A stretch of 59,541 bases of DNA, filler included, from Basidioascus undulatus (lineage: Eukaryota): NCBI GenBank assembly GCA_000826855.1. It is 3 parts of 3 records of this genome, joined end to end, with 100 filler letters (N's around TTAATTAATTAA, not from the genome) between each part and the next. Parts side by side here need not be neighbours in the genome. Positions count along the whole stretch, not along the records: positions 19,893 to 39,668 come from JTLS01000399.1; 2 more parts are not named here. One strand, 5' to 3'. Made by a program: the position numbers and the translations under genes. Below are positions 23,197 through 35,189 of the stretch, piece after piece. Numbering within the stretch: position 1 is the stretch's first letter; each line of letters starts with the position of its first letter. The notes beneath the pieces are model-generated. The model did not search any database. It was given only the letters and a program-made list of their open reading frames with translations, and had not been told where the DNA came from.

Positions 23197-24798
23197 ATGC
23201 TCCTCCCACGACGAGTAGCAACACTCCCGCTCGGTCTCGGCCTCCTCTTCCTCGGATGCATCGGCTTCAACCTCCGCCTATCAGAACTCATCTTCGGGCG
23301 ACGAAACGACGTCGTCCTTCGCGAAACGGTCATCGTTCATGAGCCGGACGCCACCGCTCAGCTCCTGCTTCGGGATCCCACCGAAGATCCGGCATTACCG
23401 CCGCCGCCGCCTCCCGCTCCGGTCAAGCCGCCCGTGCCCAGAGACCCTACGGCCGGCCCAGGCTGGATAGCGGACGGCTCGTGGGTGTCGGCGGATCCCG
23501 AGGCGCCCATGCATGGCTTCTACGACCGCATGGTCAAGCGTGAGGAGGCGGAGGACTTGGAGTGGGCGCGGAACAAGACTATCGTACGTGCATTAGTCTC
23601 CCTTGTAGGTGGTGGGAACGCCGAACGTAACGCAGGGGGGACGGCAGCTCTTTCTTGGCGACAGCGTCGTGCGCGATATGATCTGGACGTGGTGCGACGT
23701 TCTCCACGAGCAGCGCGAGCTCGTGCAGCTGGACGAGCAGGTCAAGAACGAGAAGACGACCGGCTGGCTGTGCGTGCATCCGACGTACAACCTGCGCATG
23801 ATCAATGGCTTCATTTACGGTGCGTCTTCTTGTCCGAAATCTTCCTCTTCTGGCTCGGTGCTGAAGTAGAGGGCGCGGACAGGCATGACCAACTACTCCC
23901 GACCTTCGGCGCAGGGCGTGATCTCCGGAGAGTGGCCTCCTGGGCCTTGGGGCTTCGAGGATCGCTTGCCAGAGCTTTCTAAGCAGTACGCGAGCTTCGA
24001 GCCGGACATGATTATCGTGAGTTACTCTTTCTGAGAATTCTGCGCGACGCGGGAACGCTGACCACCTGGCGCTTTTAGTTCAACTCCGGAGCGTGGGACT
24101 TCAAGGTACGCGGATGATGGAGTAGAAGGCGTGGAGGCGACAAGACCGCGAGTGCATCCCCTACTGATGACTTACCTCGCCCTCAGTTTATGTTCCGTCG
24201 CGACTTGCAGGCCGGCCTGAAGACAATTGACATCGAGCCTTCGGAGGTGCGCCGCTGCCACTATCAGCTCGGCTCCCCCATGTGCTGACTGTTGGGCCCG
24301 CTGTAGCTGCGCGAGTACGGCGAGCGCCTGCGCGAGTACTTCCGGCAGCTCCGGGAAGTCTTCCCGATTCAAAAGCTCCTCTGGGTGAACATGCACCCCA
24401 TGTCGCCCGAGGATCTTGCCGCGCGGTGGTTCTGTTCGTCTCCTTCCTTCCCTCTACTACCTTAACTAGCACATCGTCTCACCCTCGCAACCGCACTTGC
24501 GTCCACAGGGGCCCGCGGTCTCGTCACAGGCCTCGACTTCACCGGCCCGCCCCAGGAGCACGCATCCTTCCCGCACCTCTTCACCCGCCGCCGCGTGGCC
24601 CAACTCGCAGCGCGGTACCGCCAAGTCGCGCTCGAGGAGGGCATGGACGATGTCGATTACTGGAAGATCTCGGAGGCGGTTGAGCCCGGCCAGTTCATTC
24701 GCGCGGGCGACACCGTCCATCCGGCGCGCGAACCCAGCATCCGGGTCATCACAGGGATGATCCTTGAGAAGTTGTTCAGGTGGGCGGAGTACGGGTGA
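23197..24798 (+). CDS. Type II membrane SGNH/PC-esterase-like protein (Cap64/Cas3-like polysaccharide-modifying family)
   Basis: N-terminal TM anchor, Pro-rich stem, then WARNKTI|LFLGDSVVR (GDS block), NSGAWD and a C-terminal GDTVHP (DxxH). Multi-exon; the last exon may extend to about 24875. Confidence 0.65.
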
Positions 24799-25077
24799 GT
24801 CGCTTGGGTGCTGCGCTGGAAGGGAAGGTTGGGCAGCGGGCTGACGCTGCGAGTTGGTGCGGATTCAGGGTCTGAGGGCATGACACACGGACACTGCCAT
24901 ACATTCTTTTCTTCTGCTTATATATGTACTGCATATTCAGATGCTTAATCGTATCAGTCTCGGATCTGCAGCTGCCGATCACGCACGCCGGAACCCGCTC
25001 GCACGCATGCTCACTGCCTCGTTCGTTTGAAAAGGCGCTTTCCGCATTGAAAACTTCCAAGAACATTTGTCACACAA

Positions 25078-26030
25078 TCACAGCACGCCCCCAATGAAGA
25101 ACTTTGCGCGCAGCTCGGCAACGCCCGGCTCTGGTTCGACGATCTCATTCCAGCACGACTCCTCGTAGCGCTCCGAGAACGCTTCGGAGACGCGCCTCGC
25201 CCTTGCCCATCTCGTCCACCAGCTCGTCGGGACAGTCGGCTCCGAAATCGTCGAAGGTGTATTTGACTGGTCGATACTGCCAGGCAAGGCAAAGCAAGGC
25301 AAGGTCAATAGGTGGTTGACGCGGCACCGAAATTGAAAATGTACATCTTGTACAGCTGAGTACATACTTCAGCAACGGTGACTCCCGAGCTGTTGCGGAG
25401 GACCGCGGTGCCGAGGTCGAGCAGCTTTCCGTCAACGTGATAGTGGACGTCGTCGAAGCGCTCCAGCCCATCGTTGAGAGGAGCCAGTCTCTCCGGGACG
25501 AGCTCGTATTGGTCTGGTCCTCAACGGGAAGAATGCGGGTGTGGCCCGAACAGTTTGAGCTCAGTTACGGCCGGGCTGGTCGCGAGCGATGCGTAGATCG
25601 ATGGGGAGATCCAGATGGAATCGGCCGGCCGTCCGGCGCCATAGAAGGTATTGGAGCCCTGGGAGTTCTCGAAGCCGAGCCAGTAGAGATTCGCAACGGG
25701 GGTGCTGTACCAGATGTTGAGGTGTTGGAGGAAGGGGTTCACTGACAGGCGGATCTTGCTGGACGCTAGCGTCGCCGGAGTGATAGGTCCAGACGAGCCC
25801 GCACCCTTCCGATGCTCTGAATAAAGGCAGCTTATAAGGTAACCTAAGAATGATGTTGAGCTCCAGGAGCATGTCTACGTACCTGCGAGCCACCCCTCGA
25901 ACTCGCGTGCCACCTTCGCAAATTCCTCGTCCCGCTTCCAGAAGAGCGGATCCTTGGTGAGGCGCTTCGCGACATCGTTCCAGCCCAGCTTCTCCGATCT
26001 ATGGTTGTTCGCTGCTTTTGCTGAGAGACT
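25078..26030 (-). pseudogene. Decayed hypothetical protein
   Basis: Coding-like frames (EKLGWNDVAKRLTKDPLFW, NPFLQHLNIWYSTPVANLYWLG, QYRPVKYTFDDFG) that cannot be joined without frameshifts or stops. Confidence 0.35.
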
Positions 26031-26977
26031 GTTTGAGCATGCCCATATATCAAAGGAGGAGCGGCGACCGCGCTGGCTGGGCTGAGAATCAAGACTGGGG
26101 ACTGCCGCTACATGCATCAAGCTTTGTGCCTACTTTTCACCTCGAAAGCAACTGTAGAATCTATAAACTTCTCTATGCTACTGGCAAGCCCATGGAACGG
26201 AACGGTACGGCAAGGATGGAGCGGTGGGAATGAAGCTTGACTGGCAGAGTGCTGATCGACCAAGTCCACCGCAGCCGGGATGTCTGTTAGGAAAAACAGG
26301 GTCAATGCTCAGATCTTAATGGATCTCCATGCATGATTGCCTGTTCATAACATCTCAGAATAAGTTGAAGCACTCCAAGAAAGGCCCCCAGACTGGGAGG
26401 AGCTTCTCCAGTGCCGCCTTGGGTCGCGCTCAACCGCCAGGTTCTCGTTCTCCTTCTCATTCTTTGTCCATGGCCCTGGTCGGGGTTCCGATACCCAAGT
26501 CCTCGAGAAATTTCGCCATCCTGGGGAGACTGCTTCAAATGCGACAAGGCAAGCTTGAAAGCAGGGCGGGTAGTATGAGTGTGGCTGGTCTTCCTGGAAG
26601 GTCAGCCGAGCAAGACTGAAAACTTCAACTTACATTTCTTCGATATAAGTTAACTTTGATCAACAGCTGCCGGGGGTGGGTGATGTTGCAGTCTGCCTGT
26701 CAAGACAAGCAGCGGTGACAGCAACTGTATCGGAGTTGTGCATTTCAGTCAAGGCCGACAGCGTCCAGGGAGTCCGCAGCTGCACGCTCTCAAAGAGCGA
26801 CCACCACCACGGTCTTGCTACACTTTCGCCCCTTCTTCGCTTCCTTGTCGACAACAGCTCGATTGACTACAAGCATATCGATCGAGGTTTCCGTTCTGTG
26901 CGTCATTATTCGGCGAATTGCGGCAGCAGCGTGGGCCGCCGAGGCTCACCGGGCTTCACGCAGTCCGACTCGACCGC

Positions 26978-29900
26978 ATGTCGTCCTCGAGGCCTGGCGC
27001 GCCAGTTGCCCTCAGGCGCATTCCCGCGGCAGGCAGTGGTTCGAGGAAGAGCGCTGCAGGAGCGGTGGGGGACCAGCAGGGTGCGTCGTCATCTCGTTCC
27101 AGGTAGGGGGCATGGGTTCACACATCCGCTCGCCCAGATGGAGGCGGCGACTCGGAGGACGACGCGTTCGAGCGGATGAGAAGGACCTCGGCGTCCTCGT
27201 CTACTCAAAAGAGCTCGGTTTCGCTCTTCGGCATGCCCTTCAAGCCGAAGGCCCCCAGCGGCAACACACCCGCGCAGCCGAGCGCCGCCGCTGCTGGCCC
27301 ATCAGCGTCTGCGTCGAGCGCCAGCCCGCACGCTTCCAAGGTGAAACCGCCCCTCAACCGCACTCGGCCGAGGGTGTGGGCTCAGCCGCTGCAGCAAGGG
27401 AAGCCTCCTCCCTCGGCGTCGGCATCGCCGGAGCAGGCTAAGGCCTCGCCTAAGCTCGGCACGGACACGCGCGACTTCTTCGCATCCCTCACGGGCGCGA
27501 CCGAGTCGCCCTCGAAGCGCGCGCCCGACGCGATTCCCCCCGCGTACGCCGAGCTTGCCCAGCAGCCTGCTGAGGCGGCGCCTTCCCCGCCGGGTGGACC
27601 CTTGTTTGGCCCGGAGCCGCCGAAGGAACCCGTGCGGGAGCAGGCGAAGAAGGAGGTGGAGTCTGGGGTGGTGTCGATGGATTGGGAGTCGGAGGTGAGG
27701 GAGAAGGAGGCAGAGGGGCAAGGCGTCAAGGAGGACGCGGCGCTGGCGAACAGCCGCCACCCGAGCGAGCCGGCGTCCTCGCCTCCCGCCGAGTCCTCGC
27801 GCGGCTCGCTCGGCAGCGTCCTGGCGCCCACGCTGCTGGCGCGACCGGTACAGCGGACGGGTGCGTCGGACGAGTCTCTTGCTGCAGGGCCGGAGCGTGC
27901 TTCCAAAGGTGCGTCCCTTCCATTGCATGGCGGTGCAAGAAGCTGGTCTCATGGTCGTCCATTTCGACAGCGGCACCACGGGCAGATGAACCCCACTCTC
28001 CCTCGTTCTCCGCTGCTTCCGCCGGCGCCGCTTCTTCGTCTCAAACCACATCCTCATCCGCTGACGCATCGTCCGCGGCGACCGCACGCCAGCGTCCGCC
28101 CCGGAAAAGCATGCTGGCCGCTGCTCTGGCAGAAGCTGTGCGTCCGGACAGCCGCGGCAAGAGCAAGCCTACGCCGCCGCCGTCCCCGCGGACGCAGCAG
28201 CTGCCGCAGCGGGCTGCTTCGGGCGAGCAGTCGAAGCGCAAGGACGCCGCGGCCGAGGATGTCGAGCCCTCCCAGGCGACGTCGCACGAGGTCAAGCGCG
28301 AGAAGGGCAAGGCGCCCGATCACACGCCGCCGTCGACCAGCACGTCTCGTCCGCCCCTCCCGCGCTCGCGCTCGGCGGAACGGCCACGTCGCTTCTTCGT
28401 GCGCGCGGAGATGGGCTCGCCCGAGGCGAAATGGCACGATGAGCACGGTCACTTCCTGCAAAAGTTCGCCGAGGACAAGACGCTCGAGCGCGGCAAGTCG
28501 CCGATCGACTTTCGGAGGGTCTTCGGCAGCCCGCCTCCGCGTGGACGTTACAGTTCCGCGAACAGCGGCTTCCGCGGCGCGGAGCCTATCCTATGGCGGC
28601 ACAGGCCTTACCAACAGAAGGACCGCGACCTGTGGCTGCGAGGACAGCCGCTGGACGACGAAGACGGCCGCATGGGTCTGATACGATATGCCGAGGACGA
28701 GCCTCCCCTCCCGGACTCACCCTCCTACACGGACGAGTGCAACCGGAAGGCCGGCAAGCTCCCTTTCTACTGGCACGACAAACATTCTCCCTCGCCTACT
28801 CCCTCTCCTCCTCGGCTCTCCCGTCGCAAGTCCCCCGCACCATATGACACTTTCTGTACTAGGCCGTCTCGCCCGCGCTCCATATCACCCCAACCTCTCC
28901 GTCGTCGGCATTCGCCCTCATATGGCGGCTCAAGGTCGCGCAGCCCCTCGAGATCGCCGTCGCGATCGCGCTCGCGCTCACGTTCTCGCTCGATCTCCTC
29001 ATCTCCTCCGCGCGATGACGAGAACCGATCATTGCGCGTTCCCCCGCCGCGGCCCGATCGACACCCCCCTGGCGTCCACGACGAAGAGGGCGAAGGGTCA
29101 CGCCTGCAGCGCTCCACGTCGCGCAGGCGCTCGTTCGCGGCCGGTAGACAGCCCCGCCCGCGGTCACCGACGCCACCTGCTGACGCAGCTGCCCCCCCAC
29201 CTTCGGCTTCGGTTGCTGCAGCGCCTCCCCCTCCAGACGAGTCCGCTCCGGCGCCTCCGCCGTCTCCGCGTTCCGTGGCCACTTCCTCCGCCCCCGCCGA
29301 GCCCGCCTCTTCCGAGTCCAAGGGCGAAGCGGCTTTGCCGGAGTCGCGCCCTTCCTTACAAATCAAGGCCGCGAAGAAGAAGGGGAAGGCGAAGTGGAAG
29401 GCGCCGGACGAGACGGAGCTTAAGGCGGCCAAGCTCAGCGCGTTCGCCGAAGACGATGCCGAGCCTGTGCGTCAGCAGGCGCGCCAACGCAGCGAGCACA
29501 AAATGTTCATGCCGGCGGATCTCAAAAAGCCAGCATTCGCTGTCGGCGAGAGGCTGGCGCAGCCGCGCCGTAACGCAGAAGAGCATGGCCGCTCGCGTTC
29601 GCGCTCTCCCGAACCGCGCGCGCGTCGTGACGGCAGGTCTTCCCCACGGGATGCGCCTGCAGACGCTCAGCGGTCCTCATCCCCACGGCGCGGCTGGACG
29701 CCGTCTTCCCCTCCGTCCCGGGACAACCGCACGACACCTCCGCCTCGCGACGCGCGCATGGCCACACCACCGCGCGCGCCAGTGGAGCTCCCGACTCCCC
29801 CACCTCCTAGCGCACCTCCCTCACCCACGCCACCGCCTCCACCGCCCCCGCCACAGGCTGCGCCACCGCCGTCCCTGCCTCCTCCGGCCGGTACCTCCTA

Positions 29901-32628
29901 CCAACCTCCGCATCTGCCTCCTGCCGGTCTATCGGCTCTGCCGCCGCCTGCTGGACCAGTCCACCTCCCAGCCCATCTACCACCGTCGGGAGCACCGCCG
30001 CCGTTATCTCCCGCTACCGCCCTTCCGTCGACGTCCTCCCTCCATCCTCCGCCGCCATTTCTTGCTCCGTGCCCGGGCCCGCCTGCTCGAAACGGTGCCG
30101 CGTTCGCGCACGCCGCGCCAGCTCCTCCTACCTCCGCCGTTCCCGACCCGCATCTGCACGCGCCGCAACACCCCGCGATGCCGCCGTCCACCGCGCCCTC
30201 GCAAACCGGTACGCCCGCACCAACGCGCCCGCCATCACCTTCGGCGAAGCGTCCAGCCTCGGCGATGGATCCGTTCGACGAGGAATACGAGCGGCTGCGG
30301 AAACAGAAACGCCGGGGCTTCAAGGCCTTCGACGAAGACGCGCCCGAGAATTCAATTGGCCCGCTCGAGGGCGTGAGCGACCTGCACGAGACGTACGCGT
30401 TCGGTGACAAGGTCGGCGAGGGCACGTTCGGGTACGTTCTTTCTGCCATTGCGTCTGCTCGAGGACGAAGCTGAGGTGATTTGTCTGCAGCGTTGTCTTC
30501 AAGGCTACGAGGGTAAGCGACAATCTGCGGGTCGCGATCAAGAAGATCATGGTGCTTCAAGAAAAAGATGGGGTACGTTCATCGCTCTTTCTTTCCTGAG
30601 TACCACCTAACCAATTGCTATGCAGTTTCCCATCACGTCGGTCCGCGAGATCATGATCTTGAAGCTCCTGAAGCACCCGTCGATCGTCCCGCTCATCGAC
30701 ATGACTTTCGGGCCTGGTACGCACAGTCCGTGGTTCGGCGATAGGCGACTGCCCTCATTTTGGCGGTGCATGCAGATCCTGGCGATCCAGGCAGTCATCC
30801 GATGCACTACATGGTCTTCCCGTACATGGCGCACGATCTTACCGGCCTGCTCGAGAATCCTAACGTCAAGTTCTCGGGAGGCATGATCAAGCACTACATG
30901 AAGCAGTTGATGGAAGGCACCGCGTTCATGCATAGGGTTCGTACGCCTTAATCTCCTCCGTCTCCCGGGCACTCATCCATCTTGCTTCGCTAGAACCACA
31001 TTGTCCACCGCGACATGAAGGCCGCCAACTTGCTCATCTCCGAGGACCACCGCCTGCAAATTGCCGACTTCGGTCTCGCGCGGTTGTACCACGACGACAA
31101 TAGCTCCAGGCCCGACCGCTCCGTCGACAAGATGCAGAAGTACACGAACATGGTCGTAACTCGGTGAGCTGTTTGGCTTGCTTCTTCCTTGCGACAAGCG
31201 CTCACGCCTGGTATAGCTTCTATCGTCCTCCGGAGCTGCTGCTCGGCGGAGCGATCGACGGCGGGGGCGGGCGGAACGACAGCGGGTACGGTTTCTACGG
31301 ACCGGAGATCGACCTGTGGGGCGTCGGGTACGTGTGATGCTTGCCTGGCCGCGTTCGACATCCAAGACTGACTTTGTGTCTCTCGCGCCAGCTGTATCTT
31401 CGGCGAGATGTTCAAGAAAGCGCCGATCCTCAAGGGCAGCACCGACATCGGCCAGCTCGACGAGATCTTCAGTCTCTGCGGCGATCCGACCGAAGAGAAT
31501 TGGCCGGGCTGGTGGCGTATTTTCGGCGAGTTCGAGCCGCTATACAAGCCTCGTGATCCGCCTCGCCCCTCGCGGATCAAGGAGCAGTTCGAGTGGGTTC
31601 AACAGCGCATGAGTACACGCCTTCCACTGACCAGACTTCGAATCAACAGCGCCGACCTTGGACCGGAGGGCCTCGACCTTCTTTCTCGCTTGCTGTGCCT
31701 CGATCCCCTCCAGCGCATCTCGGCGTTTGACGCCCTCGACCACGACTACTTCTGGACGAAGCCTTACTTGGCGTCCAAAGAAGAGTGAGCACATCGACAG
31801 CCCCGCGGAAGCTATCCAACGCTAACGATTCTCACCTGCAGGCTCGATTCCGTCCGCTTCCCGTCCTCGCACGAGTACGACCGCCGCAAGAACAACCCTG
31901 TCCCCCAACCGAACCGCCCGGTGCAGCAGCAGATGCCGCAGAACTTTCTCAAGCCCAATCCGGGTATGGTCCCGCAGGGCTACGGCCAGCCGCCCCCCCG
32001 CCCACCTTTCGCTCCACGCCCGAACCCTTACTCCATGCCGCCGAACGGCATGCACCCGCGCCCGTCCGGCCCAGGTGGCCCTCCCGGTGGTGCTCCGTGG
32101 CAAGGCGCTTCCCAGCACGGACTGCCGCAGCCGATGGGCATGTCCGTACCGCCTTCCTTCCCCGCAGTCCCTGGCCTTCCGCCGCCATCCCTCGCGCCGA
32201 ATGGCTTACCCCCACCTTCGCACGGCTGGCTGAACGGTCCAAGCGGTCCACCGCTGTACGGCGGACAGCACGGCCCACCGCCTCCGGGCAGTCATGGGGG
32301 CGCGTACGGCGGCGCGTATGGCGGGCCCGCCGGCCCCGGCGGACATGGGCCTCATGGCGGGTACGGCGGTGGTTACGGCGGGTACGGCGGACGCGGTGGG
32401 CCTGATGGTGGTAGTCGCGGGCGTGACTACCCGCGCAACGGGAATCGGCCTAGGGCGCCGCCGCCCCGACACGACGATCGCGGGCCTGGCGGGCCTGGTT
32501 CTCGGGATGGGCCCGGACGGCCTGGCGGCGGGCCTCCGTACGAGCAGGGCCGACCGCCGCCGTCGCCGCCGCGTGGTCGTCCCGAAGAGGCCGAAGAAGG
32601 GGAAGTCACCGAGTTGGACTACGAGTGA
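26978..32628 (+). CDS. BUR1: Cyclin-dependent Ser/Thr kinase BUR1/SGV1 (CDK9-like) with a very long RS/Pro-rich N-terminus and a Gly/Pro-rich C-terminus
   Basis: GEGTFG|V, VAIKK, FPITSVREI, YMVFPYMAHDLTGLLEN, HRDMKAANLL, DFGLAR, YTNMVVTR|FYRPPELLLG, DALDHDYFW, SSHEY. N-terminal exons join in frame through introns at about 27081-27137 and 27919-27970. Confidence 0.88.
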
Positions 32629-33060
32629 CTTGGCTCCACACCGCTTTCTTATTCTTGACGCATGTAGCATAAACTGCCTGTTCTGCACCTGCATTTATTA
32701 GCATACTCCCAACGGCTGCATGAGGAAGCGCGTTTGGGCGTTCTGAGGTTAATCTGGGAGAACACGGAGCGCCAGGGCAACTCTCTTTACGACTGCAGCA
32801 TCCGATGCGGTTGCATTGCGTATCTGACAAATTCGGCATAAGTGCACATTCTAGTTACGGGCACCCGCTGTGATACGTATGATTGCTTGAAACCACCGAA
32901 CCGAACGTCTTTCCGTTCATTGAATGTTTGGAGCGTCGGACTGTTGTCTTCCCTCCTTCCTTCCGCACCGCTCATTACTGGACCTCTTCCAACTTCGTAC
33001 TGACTAACTCGTAAAACCCTCGTGGCTCTTCGCTCGATCACGTTCAACGATATCATCATC

Positions 33061-34703
33061 ATGCACATGCCTGCTCCCGCTGCCTCGAACAAGCCGATCG
33101 AAGTCAAACGAGTCCTTCGCGTCGGCGTCATTGGCTGTGGAGAGTCCGCACAGACGATCCATGTTCGTCTTCATTGTCCTGAGCCTCTTCTGGATCGTGA
33201 CTTATTGGGCGCTGAGCCTCTTCTGGATCGTGACTTATTGGGCGCTGGGTGTAGCTACCGACGCTCGGGCTAGTCTCGCATCTCTTCAAGATCACCGCCA
33301 TTTGCGACGTGTCGCCCGCAGCACTCGCTCACTGCGGTGACAAGTTCCACGTCCCTAAAGAACAGCGTTTCACGGACTAGTGAGAACGGTCCAGATGACA
33401 TGCTGGAGAGTCCGCACTGACTCTATGACCCTGGCAGCGCAGAACTCGTCAGACAACCGACGGTTGACGTGGTTTTTGTCATAAACAGCGATGAATATCA
33501 CGTACGTTGTCAATGACTGTGAGGGCCACAACGATTCTAACAAGTCATAACCAGGCCGAAGTTGCAATTGCCGCAGCTAACGCTGGAAAGCATATGCTGA
33601 TCGAGAAGCCCATGGCCTTGACGCGCCCGGACGCGGAGGCGATCCTCGAGGCGCAGAAACGCAACAATGTACGTCGTCATGTGGAACCCTTTATATCAAC
33701 AGCTTAGTTGAAGCTTCCGAAAAGGTAATCGTCTTCATCGGATACATGCGCCGATACGCACCGGCTTTCGAAGAGGCCGTCAAGATCGTCCGGCAAATGA
33801 AGAAGATTTCGTACGCTCGTGTCCGGGACATCATTGGAATGGTGAGTGACATATTCATTGCGCATAACAAGACTTGTTAAAGACACCAACACCCGCTATT
33901 TCAGAACTACCTCTTCATCGACCAGAGCGGCTTCTTCCCCCAGCGCTTTTCGGACATCTCTCCCTCCGCCTCTGCAGCCTTCGCTGAGCGTGCGAAGCGC
34001 ATCGCCTCTCTTGCGCTTGGCGAGAAGCGGGCGTCGAACCCGGAGGCTGTTGCCACGTTTCGACTTCTGGCCGGCCTGGGCTCGCACGACCTCAGCGCGA
34101 TGCGCGAGCTTCTCGGCGAGCCGCAGAGCGTACTCGGTGCCGGCCGAAACAAGGATGGCCTTTTCATCACCGCACTCTTCCAGTACGATAGCTTCGTTAC
34201 GACGTACGAGACGGGTATCGACTCTGTTGCGGACTTCGACGCGCACCTCGAGGTGTACGGGGATGGCAAGCGAGTGGTACGCTTGTTTCTCGGGACGTTT
34301 CCATATGGACGCCTCATTTACACGGCATTACAGCGCGTGGACTACGACAACAGCTACATCAGCCAGTCTTCTTCCTTATGTCCCCTCCGACGCCGTTCCA
34401 GAACTGACCTAGTCTTCACTGTAGAGGGATTGCCTATCACGCTCACCATCTCCGAGAACGACTCTGTGACGGGCCACTACTCCGAGCGCGTCATCCGCCC
34501 AACTTACGAAGACACGTACACACTTGAGTACAAGAGTGAGACCGCTATTTACCTTGGCATTTAAGTCGTGTGCTGATTGCGATGCAGGGTTGCACGCTGC
34601 GATCGTGGACGGCGAGGAGGTCAAGACAACTCCCGAAGACGCACTGTGCGAACTGCGCACATGGGAGCTGTTGATGGACAAGCTGTTCCAAGAGTCCGCA
34701 TAA
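33061..34703 (+). CDS. Gfo/Idh/MocA NAD(P)-binding oxidoreductase (myo-inositol dehydrogenase-like)
   Basis: LRVGVIGCGE, HMLIEKPMAL, GYMRRYAPAF, LGSHDLSAMRELLG, YETGID, FDAHLEVYG, YI|KGLP, RPTYEDTYTLE. Confidence 0.92.
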
Positions 34704-35189
34704 ATTTACAGGCCGAATCGCAGATAGAGGTCGCGCTCATGAATGTCTGGTACCTCACGATTCGGCTTGACTGGGGTCGAGGGGCTTTTGGTTGCATCGT
34801 CCTCAGACGAATGTCTTGGCAAACTGGCATAACGCGAATGTGCTGTGGTTAATCCATTCCTCGCCCACACTGTCACACACACACCTACGAAACTCACTCA
34901 TACGCAACGTAAGGCGCAATGCTGCTAATCGACGGTGAAGAGATCTATCCACTCATCGACCAGTGCAGCGTACTCGCATTTTACTTTTAACTCGTATTCC
35001 AGCAGTTTGCAGGTTGTTATAACCCAAGAGTCCGGCCCCAATTCTTCGCACCCCGTGCAGATCCGCACGCGCTACCTCCTGCGGTCTCCGCGCTGAGCCC
35101 CTGCCTGCGGCCCGAGCTTCGCTCTGCGGGTGCAAAAACATGCAAATACTCTTAATTGGAACTGTAAGTTGCCGTGTCAAACGGTTTCT

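Noticed and set aside
28688..30376. 562-aa alternative-frame ORF and many antisense ORFs over BUR1
   Set aside because: Shadow ORFs of GC-rich, low-complexity coding sequence.
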